Shown here: positions 37,798-47,543 of the stretch, piece after piece | Numbering within the stretch: the stretch's first letter is position 1 | How the letters are laid out: each line of letters begins with the position of its first letter | Source of the DNA: an uncultured Bacteroidales bacterium | GTDB lineage: Bacteria > Bacteroidota > Bacteroidia > Bacteroidales > JAGOPY01 | Assembly (NCBI GenBank): GCA_964371595.1 | Contig: CAYJNJ010000004.1 | Location: 15,594-79,593 of the forward strand | Direction: 5' to 3' | Length of the DNA stretch: 64,000 nt | The notes under the pieces: model-generated | What the model was told of the DNA's origin: nothing | What the model saw: the letters and a program-made list of their open reading frames with translations, nothing else | The model's database searches: none | Position numbers and translations under genes: made by a program

Positions 37798-39561
37798 TTA
37801 TTTGAACAGCCGGTCGACTTCGTCCTTATACGTATCGAGAATATAAGACCTTTTCAGCTTCAGGTTTGCCGTCAGTTCCCCGGTTTCAAGGCTCCATTCA
37901 TGGTCGATCAGCGCAAAGCTCTGGATCTGTTCGGTGCTTCCGAAGAATTTATTAAAATGATCAATCTCCTTTTTAAACCTTTTAATGATCACCGGATCCT
38001 TGATCATGTCCTTATCTGTGGAATAGCTGATGTTTTTATGCTCACAATATGAGCGAAGGTGGTTAAAATCAGGCACCACAAGGGCAGCGGCAAATTTCTG
38101 GTTTTCACCGAGGATGATGATCCCGTCGATAAAAGCCGATTCCTTGAATTTATTTTCGAGAAGCTGGGGACTGATATATTTTCCCAGTGATGTCTTGAAA
38201 ATCTCTTTTTTACGGCCGGTAATCCGCAGGTGGCCTTCCGGCTCGAGTATCCCGACGTCGCCGGTATGGAACCAGCCTTCAGATTCGATAGCATCGGCTG
38301 TCATTCCCGGTTCTTTGAAGTAGCCCATCATGATATTGCTCCCCCTTGCCAGGATCTCGCCGTCGGCAGCAATTTTAACTTCCACATTGCTGAGTGGCTT
38401 TCCAACAGTGCCGAACATCCTCCCTCCTTCCTCCAGGGTATTTACGGCAATGACCGGAGAGGTCTCCGTAAGGCCGTATCCTTCGAGTACCTGGATGCCT
38501 GCAGCGGTAAAGATTTTAGCCAGCCGGGGCTGAAGGGCGGCTCCGCCCGAAACGATCACCCGCACTTTTCCTCCCAGGGCTTCACGCCATTTTGAAAAAA
38601 CCAATTTATCGGCAAGGCGGAGACGGGCAAAGTAAAACCAGTTCTTCCCTTCCAGTTCATAATGGTTGGCAAGACTAACGGCCCAGAAAAAGACCGCTTT
38701 TTTAAATCCTTTCAACTGGGTGCCTTTGGCAATGATCTTATCATAAACTTTCTCCAGGAGACGGGGAACGGTAGTGAATATTTCCGGCTTGACCTCCCTG
38801 ATATTATCTGCTATCGTGCCCATATTTTCGGCGTAATAGATTGATAATCCAAGATAATGGTAGGTGTAATTGTCCATGCGTTCATAAACATGGCAAAGCG
38901 GAAGATAGCTCAATCCTTTACAGGTTTCATCCACCGGAAAGATATGCTTAACCCCCATCACATTGCACAGTATGTTATTGTGGGAAAGCATGACCCCTTT
39001 TGGAAAACCGGTAGTACCTGAAGTATAGATCAGGGTGGCCAGGTGATCGGGAGTAATGGCGGCCTTCAGCTCTTCGACTTTCTCGGGTGCGGCATTTGCT
39101 TTGCCCAGCGCGATGAGCTCCTCAAGAGGCTTCACGTCATCGAAAGCCTTGAAGGTATAAATGCCCTGGATGGCAGGGATACCGGGCAGAATTGCCTCTA
39201 TCTTGCGCATGATCTCCTTGCCGGAAATAAAAAGATATTTAACTTCCGAGTGGCTGAGGATGTATTTATAGTCGGACTCGCTGATAGTAGGATAAACCGG
39301 GACGTGCACCGCCCCGATCTGCAGGATACCCATATCAACGAAGTTCCATTCCGGCCGGTTATTTGAAATCGTCGCAATCTTATCGCCCGGCTTTACGCCA
39401 AGCTTCAGCAATCCGTAACTGATGTTTGTGGCGGCCTCAATATACTGGTCGATGGAGTATTTTATCCATTTACCGTTTTCTTTGCCGGAAAGTACATCAT
39501 CTTTCGCTTTAAAATTGTTCTTGTAGTAGGGAAGGAGATCAAAAAGCCTGGTAACTTCCAT
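37798..39561 (-). CDS. Long-chain fatty acid-CoA ligase (AMP-dependent synthetase)
   Basis: It has the AMP-binding motif LIYTSGTTGFPKGVMLSH, plus GYGLTETS and HTGDVG...GRKKEIFK. Confidence 0.85.
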   Translation of the reverse strand: MEVTRLFDLLPYYKNNFKAKDDVLSGKENGKWIKYSIDQYIEAATNISYGLLKLGVKPGDKIATISNNRPEWNFVDMGILQIGAVHVPVYPTISESDYKYILSHSEVKYLFISGKEIMRKIEAILPGIPAIQGIYTFKAFDDVKPLEELIALGKANAAPEKVEELKAAITPDHLATLIYTSGTTGFPKGVMLSHNNILCNVMGVKHIFPVDETCKGLSYLPLCHVYERMDNYTYHYLGLSIYYAENMGTIADNIREVKPEIFTTVPRLLEKVYDKIIAKGTQLKGFKKAVFFWAVSLANHYELEGKNWFYFARLRLADKLVFSKWREALGGKVRVIVSGGAALQPRLAKIFTAAGIQVLEGYGLTETSPVIAVNTLEEGGRMFGTVGKPLSNVEVKIAADGEILARGSNIMMGYFKEPGMTADAIESEGWFHTGDVGILEPEGHLRITGRKKEIFKTSLGKYISPQLLENKFKESAFIDGIIILGENQKFAAALVVPDFNHLRSYCEHKNISYSTDKDMIKDPVIIKRFKKEIDHFNKFFGSTEQIQSFALIDHEWSLETGELTANLKLKRSYILDTYKDEVDRLFK

Positions 39562-39591
39562 TTTGGGTTGATTTGTAATCTAAAAAGCGTG

Positions 39592-39599
39592 CAAAGATA
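39592..39599 (-). promoter_or_regulatory. -7 promoter box TATCTTTG upstream of the acyl-CoA ligase gene
   Basis: TAnnTTTG on the minus strand, 31 nt upstream of the ATG at 39561. Confidence 0.4.
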
Positions 39600-39692
39600 A
39601 ATAAATAGTTTATATCTCGAATTTTAGATATGAGCTTCTGAAAATGAGGCCTAAAAGTAATAAATGTTGCAAATTAAAAAACAAGAAATTAA

Positions 39693-40451
39693 TCAACTTT
39701 TATAAAAAGTTGTTGCATTGGCCTGTGCCTGGGGCATTACGAGAATATCATTCACATTGACCCGGCCCGGAAGCGTTGAAATAAAATGGATGATCTCAGC
39801 AACATCTTCTCCCAGCAGCGGCTCATATCCTTTGTAGACCTGTTTTGCACGTTCAAGGTCGCCTTTGAACCTGACGGCCGAGAACCCGGTCTCCACCGCC
39901 CCGGGGCTGATCTGGGTCACTTTGATGCCATGTGGGAGCAAATCGATTCGCATCCCTTTGGTGAGGGCATCTACGGCATGCTTTGTCGCGGCATACACAC
40001 TGCCTTTGGGATAGACTTCCTTGCCGGCAATAGATCCGATATTGAAAATATGGCCACTCCCCTGCTTCACCATCCATGGAATGATGACATGCGACACATA
40101 AAGTAAGCCCTTAATATTTGTATCGATCATGTTGTCCCAATCATCAATACTAGCCGTATCAACGGGATCAAGCCCTGCAGCCAGCCCGGCATTGTTCACC
40201 AGGATATCGATATTTTTCCAGTCGGCGGGCAGCCCTTCGAGGCTCCTAACTACTTCTTCCTTCTTCCTGATATCGAAAGGTAAGGGGAAAATTTCCGTAA
40301 TAAATTTCGACTTGATATCTGCGGCAATTTCCTGAAGCAGGTCCCCCCTCCTGGCGGTAATGATAAGCCGGTGATTTTCAGCGGCGAAACGGTATGCTGT
40401 CGCTTTTCCAATGCCGGAAGTAGCGCCTGTTATGAGTATTGTTTTAGGCAT
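39693..40451 (-). CDS. SDR family NAD(P)-dependent oxidoreductase (YdfG-like)
   Basis: It has TGATSGIGKA (TGxxxGxG), NNAG and YAATKHAV (YxxxK). Confidence 0.85.
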   Translation of the reverse strand: MPKTILITGATSGIGKATAYRFAAENHRLIITARRGDLLQEIAADIKSKFITEIFPLPFDIRKKEEVVRSLEGLPADWKNIDILVNNAGLAAGLDPVDTASIDDWDNMIDTNIKGLLYVSHVIIPWMVKQGSGHIFNIGSIAGKEVYPKGSVYAATKHAVDALTKGMRIDLLPHGIKVTQISPGAVETGFSAVRFKGDLERAKQVYKGYEPLLGEDVAEIIHFISTLPGRVNVNDILVMPQAQANATTFYKS

Positions 40452-40453
40452 GA

Positions 40454-41293
40454 TTATTCTGAATTTCTTTTCACTGACAGATATGTATTAAACCATCCGA
40501 TGAGTTCCCGGTTAGCTTCTTCGTAAAATTCGTCTTTAGCCCCGTAGCTGTTTCCGTGGCCCATCCCTTTATAAATTATAAGCCGGGAAATTACATTATT
40601 TTGTTGAAGGGCCTCATACATTATCTGCGAATGTTCCGGCCGGACCACAAAATCGTTATCCCCATGTATGAGCAGTACCGGTGGGTCGTCGGGACTGGCC
40701 CAGGTAACGGGTGATACGGCGGCAGCCAGGGCAGTGTCGAAATCGAGGGCCGGGACGAAGACTTTCAGCATATCCGGCAGATCCCGCAGGTCGGCCGGGG
40801 CAAAGAAGGCAACCACGGCGCTTACCGGGTGCTGCTCGCCGGAAAGTGCCGCCATGAGTGCCAGCTGGCCGCCGGAGCTTCCGCCGTATATACCGAGCCG
40901 TGTTGAATCAACCCCGAAATTTGATGCATTATGATGGATGAACCATGAGCCGAGAACGACATCATCTACGGTTTCGGGCAGTTTGAACTGCGGGTTGCTT
41001 GCGTGGCGCAGGGCAAAAACTGTATACCCCGCCTCCAGCAATGAACTGTAATTTTTCGCTACCGAATCGGGCAGGTTGTACCTCGAAACCCAGCTCCCGC
41101 TCACCAGGTGGATGATACCGGCGCCATTGGCAGAATCAACCGGCCGGAACACATCGAATGTCAGGGCCATGCCGGCTTTGTGGCCGTAGACAACATCGGG
41201 GGTAATGCGGTAGGTTGGCTGGGCTGCGATCTGAAGGTAAAATAACAGCAAGTAAAAAAAGATTGCAGTCCGACGGGTTGCTGGCATTTTCAT
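40454..41293 (-). CDS. Secreted alpha/beta hydrolase (esterase/lipase-like)
   Basis: It has a signal peptide, the nucleophile elbow GGSSGG (GxSxG) and C-terminal HGDNDFVV and GMGH. Confidence 0.75.
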   Translation of the reverse strand: MKMPATRRTAIFFYLLLFYLQIAAQPTYRITPDVVYGHKAGMALTFDVFRPVDSANGAGIIHLVSGSWVSRYNLPDSVAKNYSSLLEAGYTVFALRHASNPQFKLPETVDDVVLGSWFIHHNASNFGVDSTRLGIYGGSSGGQLALMAALSGEQHPVSAVVAFFAPADLRDLPDMLKVFVPALDFDTALAAAVSPVTWASPDDPPVLLIHGDNDFVVRPEHSQIMYEALQQNNVISRLIIYKGMGHGNSYGAKDEFYEEANRELIGWFNTYLSVKRNSE

Positions 41294-42180
41294 CCTCTCT
41301 TGAATTTGAGCGGCAGCAACATCGGCGTTGATTCCCTGTATTCCATGTATCCCTGGCGGCGCTCAAAGTTTCGCTTTTCAATCAGAGGGATGCTGGCGAA
41401 GATGAACATCAGGGTGATCGCTGCAGGTCCGCAGAGCACCCACCAACTTTCAATGGAAGCGGCAATAGCAAAGATGGACAGACCCCACCAGGTGCTGATC
41501 TCGCCAAAGTAATTCGGGTGGCGGCTCAGGCGCCACAGGCCGGTAGAGATTGTTTTTCCCCTGTTTTCGGGTTTCTTCCGGAATGTTCGCAATTGCTCGT
41601 CGGCGATAAATGCATATAAAACAGAGCCGAAAAGAACAACTGATCCAGCCACGTCCCAGGCATTCAATGCCCTGCCTTCTGAACTAAATACGGGAAGAAA
41701 AGCCAGGCAGCCGAGGTAAACCATAACAGTAGGAAAAAAATGGACAGCCAGGAAACTTACCAGCCAGTATGCTTTCCCTGTCTTTCTCCTGAAATTGACA
41801 TAACGCCAGTCCTCGTGGCTAAAGCCGGGCCAGTCGCGGTAGAAGTTGGAAGTCAGGCGGAGGGCGTAGAGCATAGTGCCGGTAAGCACGATCCATTGCC
41901 GGATATTCAAGCTGTCGATATGGAAAATGAAGAGATATGCAATTGCGATCACGATCGGTTTCACGCTCCAGTAAGGATCGTAAGCAGAACTGTTGTTCAT
42001 CAGCACCGAAAACAAAAAGACCAGGAGGGTTGCAGCCAGGTCGCCCGCGCCGATCATGACCAGCGTGTGGAAACCTGTGAATAAACGGGCTATGTATACC
42101 GCACTGAGAATAGCCAGGACATAGATGAATATGCTGAGCCAGATGCTGGTGGAACGACCTGGGGTGGAAATCGCTATCAT
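41290..42180 (-). CDS. DUF1295 / steroid 5-alpha-reductase-like membrane protein
   Basis: It is polytopic and carries the SRHPNYFGE motif characteristic of the family. Confidence 0.7.
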   Translation of the reverse strand: MIAISTPGRSTSIWLSIFIYVLAILSAVYIARLFTGFHTLVMIGAGDLAATLLVFLFSVLMNNSSAYDPYWSVKPIVIAIAYLFIFHIDSLNIRQWIVLTGTMLYALRLTSNFYRDWPGFSHEDWRYVNFRRKTGKAYWLVSFLAVHFFPTVMVYLGCLAFLPVFSSEGRALNAWDVAGSVVLFGSVLYAFIADEQLRTFRKKPENRGKTISTGLWRLSRHPNYFGEISTWWGLSIFAIAASIESWWVLCGPAAITLMFIFASIPLIEKRNFERRQGYMEYRESTPMLLPLKFKRG

Positions 42181-42193
42181 TGTGCTAAATTAA

Positions 42194-42226
42194 AAAAGTT
42201 TTAAGTGTTGAGGGTTGAGGGTTGAG
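42194..42226. repeat. Left arm of long-range inverted repeat (TTGAGGG words)
   Basis: AAAAGTTTTAAGTGTTGAGGGTTGAGGGTTGAG pairs with 42482-42509, whose reverse complement is AAAAGTTTTGAGTGTTGAGGGTTGAGGG (27/28 match). Confidence 0.85.
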
Positions 42227-42375
42227 TTATATTGGATTTGTCGATTTTTTTCATTGAAAATGGAACCTGATATTTATCGAAATTTTTTACAATTAAGTAT
42301 TATCATTAAAACTCTAACTCAATAATTCTAACTCAATAATTGAGCCCGCTCCGAAATGTCAAATTTCTGAAAGTT

Positions 42376-42468
42376 GCCACTAAAGCACCAAAACACAAAA
42401 TCACACAAAAAATTGGTTATCAATGTAATAATATTTTGTGAATTTTCGTGTTTTAGTGATTTTGTGGC
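42376..42468. repeat. REPIN-like hairpin element, copy D (divergent loop), nested inside the 42194/42509 inverted repeat
   Basis: It runs from GCCACTAAAGCACCAAAACACAAAATCACACAAAAA to ATTTTGTGAATTTTCGTGTTTTAGTGATTTTGTGGC. Confidence 0.8.
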
Positions 42469-42481
42469 TAAAAAAGGCTTT

Positions 42482-42509
42482 CCCTCAACCCTCAACACTC
42501 AAAACTTTT
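42482..42509. repeat. Right arm of long-range inverted repeat; overlaps the last codons of msrAB
   Basis: Sequence CCCTCAACCCTCAACACTCAAAACTTTT. The terminal KKF-stop of msrAB is encoded within it. Confidence 0.85.
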
Positions 42510-43422
42510 TCGTGTAGCCGTGGCAATACGGCAGCGTCCCTTTATGCTCGTAGTAATCCTGGTGGTATTCTTCGGCAGGCCAGAATGTGGTGGCTTTGGT
42601 CACTTTCGTCACGACCTTATATCCTTTGCCTTTCAGGATGCTGATCAGATTTTCAGCAACTTTTTTTTGTTCATCGTCGATGTAAAAGATCTCTGAGCGG
42701 TACTGGTCGCCGATATCGGGGCCCTGCCCGCCCACCTGGGTGGGGTCGTGGATCTCCAGGAAGAGCTTTGCGAGCTCTTCGTAAGAGACCAGCTCAGGCT
42801 TGAAGACGATTTCAACGGCTTCGGCATGGCCAGTTGTATGGCTGCAGACTTCCTGGTAAGTGGGATGGTCTTTATGACCGCCGATATACCCTGAGGTAAC
42901 TGAAACGACCCCGTTTTTCTGCTGCATGAAGTATTCCACTCCCCAGAAGCAACCGCCGGCAAATATGGCGCGGGAAGTGGCAGGTTCCGCCTGTTGTGGG
43001 GCGGGGACAAAATTCATGGAAACCGAGTTCACGCAATGCCGTGTATCCTTATCCGTAAAGCCTTCGCCAAGGAACACATGCCCGAGGTGCCCGCCGCACC
43101 TGGCACACACGATCTCTGTGCGCATCCCGTCGCGATCGGGTATCCGCACAACGGCACCCTTTATTTCATCATCGAAACTCGGCCAGCCGCAATGCGAATC
43201 GAACTTATCTTCCGACCTGTAAAGCGGGGCATCGCACTGCTTGCAGGTATAGGTCCCTTTTTCTTTTGTATTGGTGTATTCGCCCGTCCAGGGCCTTTCT
43301 GTACCTTTATTGAGAATGACATTTTCTTCCTCGGGTGTCAGCTTGTTATAATTCATGGTTTCCTGTGCTAAATTAATAAGCGGTAGAAAAAGTATCGTGA
43401 ATGTTATGATGATTGTCTTCAT
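42499..43422 (-). CDS. msrAB: Bifunctional methionine sulfoxide reductase MsrB-MsrA, secreted
   Basis: It has a signal peptide. The MsrB half has CxxC pairs and RHCVNS, and the MsrA half has GGCFWG. Confidence 0.9.
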   Translation of the reverse strand: MKTIIITFTILFLPLINLAQETMNYNKLTPEEENVILNKGTERPWTGEYTNTKEKGTYTCKQCDAPLYRSEDKFDSHCGWPSFDDEIKGAVVRIPDRDGMRTEIVCARCGGHLGHVFLGEGFTDKDTRHCVNSVSMNFVPAPQQAEPATSRAIFAGGCFWGVEYFMQQKNGVVSVTSGYIGGHKDHPTYQEVCSHTTGHAEAVEIVFKPELVSYEELAKLFLEIHDPTQVGGQGPDIGDQYRSEIFYIDDEQKKVAENLISILKGKGYKVVTKVTKATTFWPAEEYHQDYYEHKGTLPYCHGYTKKF

Positions 43423-43532
43423 ATCCAGATCATTTCCTTATAAACGATACAAGCAATGAAATGTTTAAGATTTCAGCAAAATAAACCATAATTAATGCAT
43501 GTTTCCCGGTGAAATTCACTATTAATAATTAT

Positions 43533-43540
43533 TACATTTG
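43533..43540 (+). promoter_or_regulatory. -7 promoter box TACATTTG upstream of 43582 gene
   Basis: TAnnTTTG match 42 nt before the ATG at 43582. This argues against the GTG at 43543 as the start. Confidence 0.4.
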
Positions 43541-43581
43541 CCGTGCTTTTAAAAAGTATTACTAATTTAAATTTATTTAAG

Positions 43582-44304
43582 ATGACAAAGATCAGATTAT
43601 GGGCGGTTACAGGTGCGTTAGCCCTTGTCACCACGCTGTTTATGACAGCCTGTTATGAGTATCATGACGATACTTATCTTGATGAGCTGGACATTACCCT
43701 CAGCTATTACGATACCACTTACAATTTCCAGCCGGCAGTTACTTTTGCCATCAGGGATTCGGTAGGCATTATTTCAGATTACCTGTCTGATGCTGAAATA
43801 GCTAATTTTTACAAAAATGGCGGCGGAAATGACGAGATCAAGGACCTGGTCCGCTCTAATATGATTGCACTTGGTTACACGGAAGTTGATGATGATGAAG
43901 ATTTTGACCTTGGCATAAACCTTCTGGTTGCAGCAGTTGAAAATACCGAGTATTATTACTACGGATGGTGGTATGGCTATTATGGCTATTACGGGTGGTA
44001 TTATGGCGGATGGTATCCCTACTACGGTTATCCCTGGTACCCTGTTTCCTACACCTACCAGAAGGGCACCTTGCTGATGGAGCTGGCAACCGGCGAATCT
44101 ATCCGTGCTTACCGCATCTGGGCTGACGACAAGACCCAGGGCGAAATTGAAAATGCCGATCCCGACGATGTTCCGGATATCAGGTTTGTATGGCAGTCGG
44201 TTATCAGCGGTGTGGCCGGAACCGAAAAGGCTTACAACAAGCAGCGGGCTGAAAGAGGCATCAACGAAGCATTCCAGCAGTCGCCTTATCTTGATAAACA
44301 ATAA
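43582..44304 (+). CDS. Lipoprotein (DUF4136-like) with a Tyr/Gly/Trp low-complexity insert
   Basis: It has a lipobox-like LFMTAC and a C-terminal GTLLMELATGESIR...W pattern reminiscent of DUF4136. The central segment is EYYYYGWWYGYYGYYGWYYGGWYPYYGYPWYP. Confidence 0.55.
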   Translation: MTKIRLWAVTGALALVTTLFMTACYEYHDDTYLDELDITLSYYDTTYNFQPAVTFAIRDSVGIISDYLSDAEIANFYKNGGGNDEIKDLVRSNMIALGYTEVDDDEDFDLGINLLVAAVENTEYYYYGWWYGYYGYYGWYYGGWYPYYGYPWYPVSYTYQKGTLLMELATGESIRAYRIWADDKTQGEIENADPDDVPDIRFVWQSVISGVAGTEKAYNKQRAERGINEAFQQSPYLDKQ

Positions 44305-44333
44305 TTCCTGAATAATCTTAAAAAGAAAATACC

Positions 44334-44972
44334 ATGAAAAAGATAGTTATAATTTCCCTCATCGCATTATTTTCTGCAGGATCATTCAGTTATGCCCAGG
44401 ATGGCAACTTATTCCTGCAACAATCGCAGATGACCTTCAGCTACCAGATGGGGTTCCCGTCGGGTGACCTTAAGACTTTTATTGATGAAAATGATTACCT
44501 CGGGTGGGATTTTGAATTGAAGGCAATGGTAACGCATAATTTAGCTATTGGCGGACATATCGGCTACCAGGGTTTCTACCAGAAGTTACCGCGCGACACC
44601 TATGAATTTCCGCAAGGCGCGATCACCGCTACCATATTCAAATATTATTACACTATTCCCATGCAGGCCGTGGCAACCTGGTATTTTTTACCTGAAGGCA
44701 TGGTCCAGCCTTATGTTGGGATGAATGTGGGTGTTAATTATAATGAAAGAAGGGGTGAGATCGGGATTTATCTTATTGAAGACAACTCCTGGAATTTCTC
44801 ATTTGCACCGGAAGCCGGATTAATCGTGCCTTTCGGCAAGTATTCCATGTGGGGGGCCAATTTCAGGGCCAAGTACAACTACAATGTTTACAACAGGACC
44901 GATAACCTGGGCCAGGATTTCAACCAGCTTGCTTACTGGAACGTGATGCTCGGGCTGACGTATACATGGTAG
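44334..44972 (+). CDS. Outer-membrane beta-barrel protein (OmpW/porin-like)
   Basis: It has a signal peptide, alternating aromatic and hydrophobic beta-strand periodicity, and a terminal aromatic residue (LGLTYTW). Confidence 0.6.
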   Translation: MKKIVIISLIALFSAGSFSYAQDGNLFLQQSQMTFSYQMGFPSGDLKTFIDENDYLGWDFELKAMVTHNLAIGGHIGYQGFYQKLPRDTYEFPQGAITATIFKYYYTIPMQAVATWYFLPEGMVQPYVGMNVGVNYNERRGEIGIYLIEDNSWNFSFAPEAGLIVPFGKYSMWGANFRAKYNYNVYNRTDNLGQDFNQLAYWNVMLGLTYTW

Positions 44973-44978
44973 CTTTCG

Positions 44979-45032
44979 ACCCCCTCCCGACCTCCGGATC
45001 CCCGCTTTCGCGGGGACCTAACGGGGGAGGAG
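44979..45032. repeat. GC-rich nested palindrome
   Basis: In CCCCCTCCCGACCTCCGGATCCCCGCTTTCGCGGGGACCTAACGGGGGAGGAG, the inner stem is CCCCGC/GCGGGG and the outer stem is CCTCCCG/CGGGGGAGG. It lies directly after the stop at 44972. Confidence 0.8.
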
Positions 45033-45049
45033 AATATGGTGAAAATACT

Positions 45050-45206
45050 AAGAGGCTGTCTCAAAAGTTCTTAACCACAAAGGAGCACGAAGGATTTCAC
45101 GAAGGCACACTAAGGTTCTGATCTGGTAATCAAATACTTTGTGCGACTTAGTGACGTACTTTGTGCGACTTTGTGGTAAAAAGAAGGATTTTGAGACATC
45201 CTCTTC
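45050..45206. repeat. Nested hairpin: outer stem AAGAGGCTGTCTCAAAA/TTTTGAGACATCCTCTT enclosing a CACAAAG/CACGAAG word hairpin
   Basis: The inner arms are 45075-45115 (CCACAAAGGAGCACGAAGGATTTCACGAAGGCACACTAAGG) and 45137-45176 (CTTTGTGCGACTTAGTGACGTACTTTGTGCGACTTTGTGG). Confidence 0.8.
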
Positions 45207-45251
45207 TTTTTCGACCTAAAAGGGTGCAATTTGAATAATGGTCTATGATAA

Positions 45252-47312
45252 TTAGTTGGCTTTAATGAATTTACCAGATAAGAGATCATCATCATTCCTG
45301 ATAATAATCAAATAAATCCCATCCGCAAGGCAGGAAACATTTATAGAATAATCAGACAACCCTTTTTCAATTTTTCCATTCATCATCATCTTTCCCGAAT
45401 AATCCACAACCTGATATTCAGCCAATTCAATATTCTTATCAAGATGAATTTTAATAATATCTTTTGCTGGATTAGGATAAATTGCTAATTGCGAATACGA
45501 TTGCGGAACTGATGGTTCATTTTCTTTAATACCCACTGCCAGATCATCGCGGTACCAAAGGCCGCCGGAAGAAGGGCAGGCAAAGATCCTTCCATTGTCG
45601 AATAGAATATCACCTGAACAGTATGATGGTATATTACTCAAGATATCGATTCCAGAAGGGTATTCCGGTGAGAATAAGGTAAAATAGTTTTGAGTATCCC
45701 AGAAGCCTGTAAAGCCGCTTAAAACTGTCGTTTCTTCAGTATCCGTGATATCCATACATGTAATCACATAAACATCCACCCCAGAAATCCATGCTTGCCA
45801 GGTGACACCTAAATCTGCAGAATAAATTACCTCATCAAAATTTCTTAATTTAAATATTTTATTGTTTTTTACGAAAAGGCTTGCATTTTCGTAACCTGCT
45901 TCCGGAATAGACTCGAAGGTTGTTCCGTTATCAATTGATTTGTAAATACCTCCATCTGAACCCTTAATAACAAATAAAACATCATTTATTACATCGATAT
46001 CGTGAAAGTATGTATTACCGAATTCGTTTGGGAGAAATTGCCATGCAATTGAATCTGTCCTTGACCTTGCAAGACCATGGCCACCAGGCTGACTTATTTC
46101 CGCAAAATAATAATTGCCTCCGATTGCAATTTGGAAGAATTTATGTCCTTCCATACCTTCATTATGTGCAGTCCATGTCTGGCCGGAATCAACAGAAATC
46201 GAAAATCCGCAATTTGAGCCCAAATACCATGCAGTATTAGTGAAGATCATCTGATTAGGCGAACAATAGTCCTGAGTTTCCATGCTAATAAAGCCATCGA
46301 CAATATCATCTGAAAAATAAATTTTTCCATTTGACAAAGCATAGGTTTTTGATCCTAAAACAAAAACCTGGGAAACTGGAAATCCAAAAAGGTCATCGTC
46401 CTGTGGAATCCATTGTTCATTTCCGGTCTTAGAAACAGGGCCTATTGGAGTTGCCATAAAAATAGTACTATCTACCCGGCAGGCATCATGGCAATATCGG
46501 TTTTCAAGCCCCAGGCTTAAATCTTCCCATACCGAATCTTGAAAATTGAAACAGAAATAACCATCATTAGTATAACAGCATAATGATTCTGTATCTTCAA
46601 TAAAATTTACCCAATAGACTTGATTTGGTAAAGAATCCGACTGAATCAACCATTCACTTGTCCCGGCATTGTAGATATAAAAATGGTTTTCTGATGCCAG
46701 CCAGAGATTTTCATCATATAAATACGGATGCCCTTCGGTAATATTTTGCAAACAATAAGTTGTCCACGAGTAACCATAATCATCACTTTGGAACAAGGTA
46801 TCAACACTTTCAAATAAACAGAACAGAGTTCCTTGTTGTGAATAAATACAGTTAATCTCAGCTGAATTCGTAGACGGATCAACTTCGGTCCAGCTTTCTC
46901 CATTATCAGAAGTCCGGATCAACCCATCGTAATAGGTATTAATAAATAAAATACTATCCACATTTTTGAAATCACGATATGAATATTCCAGATCCAGTAA
47001 CTCCCATGTAAATCCATTGTCAAGTGAACGATAAAATGATGACATTGTATTTCCCCCCAAACAAAACAGGGCATTCCCAGTAGAACAGATTTTCATGAAT
47101 CCCCCCTTGAGACACGCAGTATCCCATTTGGTGTCCTCAATATTTCGCCTGAATATCCCGCCACTTCCATCAATAAAAAGAAATGAATCCTGCTGGACTA
47201 TACTTGAGCAATATGTCCCCTCAATCCCCTGGCACGGGACCCATTGGGAGCGGGCAGGACTAATAACAATAATGAAAAGTAATGCGGCAAGGATTGGTTT
47301 TAATATCTTCAT
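45252..47312 (-). CDS. Secreted BNR/Asp-box repeat (sialidase/Ycf48-like propeller) protein with T9SS CTD
   Basis: It has a signal peptide, Asp-boxes (SLDNGFTW, TSDNGESW, SDDYGYSW, SVDSGQTW, SADLGVTW) and the CTD IYPNPAKDIIKIHL...GIYLIII...KFIKAN. Confidence 0.7.
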   Translation of the reverse strand: MKILKPILAALLFIIVISPARSQWVPCQGIEGTYCSSIVQQDSFLFIDGSGGIFRRNIEDTKWDTACLKGGFMKICSTGNALFCLGGNTMSSFYRSLDNGFTWELLDLEYSYRDFKNVDSILFINTYYDGLIRTSDNGESWTEVDPSTNSAEINCIYSQQGTLFCLFESVDTLFQSDDYGYSWTTYCLQNITEGHPYLYDENLWLASENHFYIYNAGTSEWLIQSDSLPNQVYWVNFIEDTESLCCYTNDGYFCFNFQDSVWEDLSLGLENRYCHDACRVDSTIFMATPIGPVSKTGNEQWIPQDDDLFGFPVSQVFVLGSKTYALSNGKIYFSDDIVDGFISMETQDYCSPNQMIFTNTAWYLGSNCGFSISVDSGQTWTAHNEGMEGHKFFQIAIGGNYYFAEISQPGGHGLARSRTDSIAWQFLPNEFGNTYFHDIDVINDVLFVIKGSDGGIYKSIDNGTTFESIPEAGYENASLFVKNNKIFKLRNFDEVIYSADLGVTWQAWISGVDVYVITCMDITDTEETTVLSGFTGFWDTQNYFTLFSPEYPSGIDILSNIPSYCSGDILFDNGRIFACPSSGGLWYRDDLAVGIKENEPSVPQSYSQLAIYPNPAKDIIKIHLDKNIELAEYQVVDYSGKMMMNGKIEKGLSDYSINVSCLADGIYLIIIRNDDDLLSGKFIKAN

Positions 47313-47543
47313 GATCAGGCAGGTATTTGAAACTTAAATTTACAGAAAATTCAAAGAGAATGATTATTTGTTGCTTAAAAATGAAGGATTTTGATTAATT
47401 TTGAAGGACAAGCCGTTCACAGAATATTAGCTAAATAGAATGATGATTGAATCTGCGAGGTGAAAAGGCTGTAAACCCAACTACTTATTAATACCAGGCA
47501 ATCCTGGATTGGTTTACGGAGTATTAAACAAAAATTAATTATC

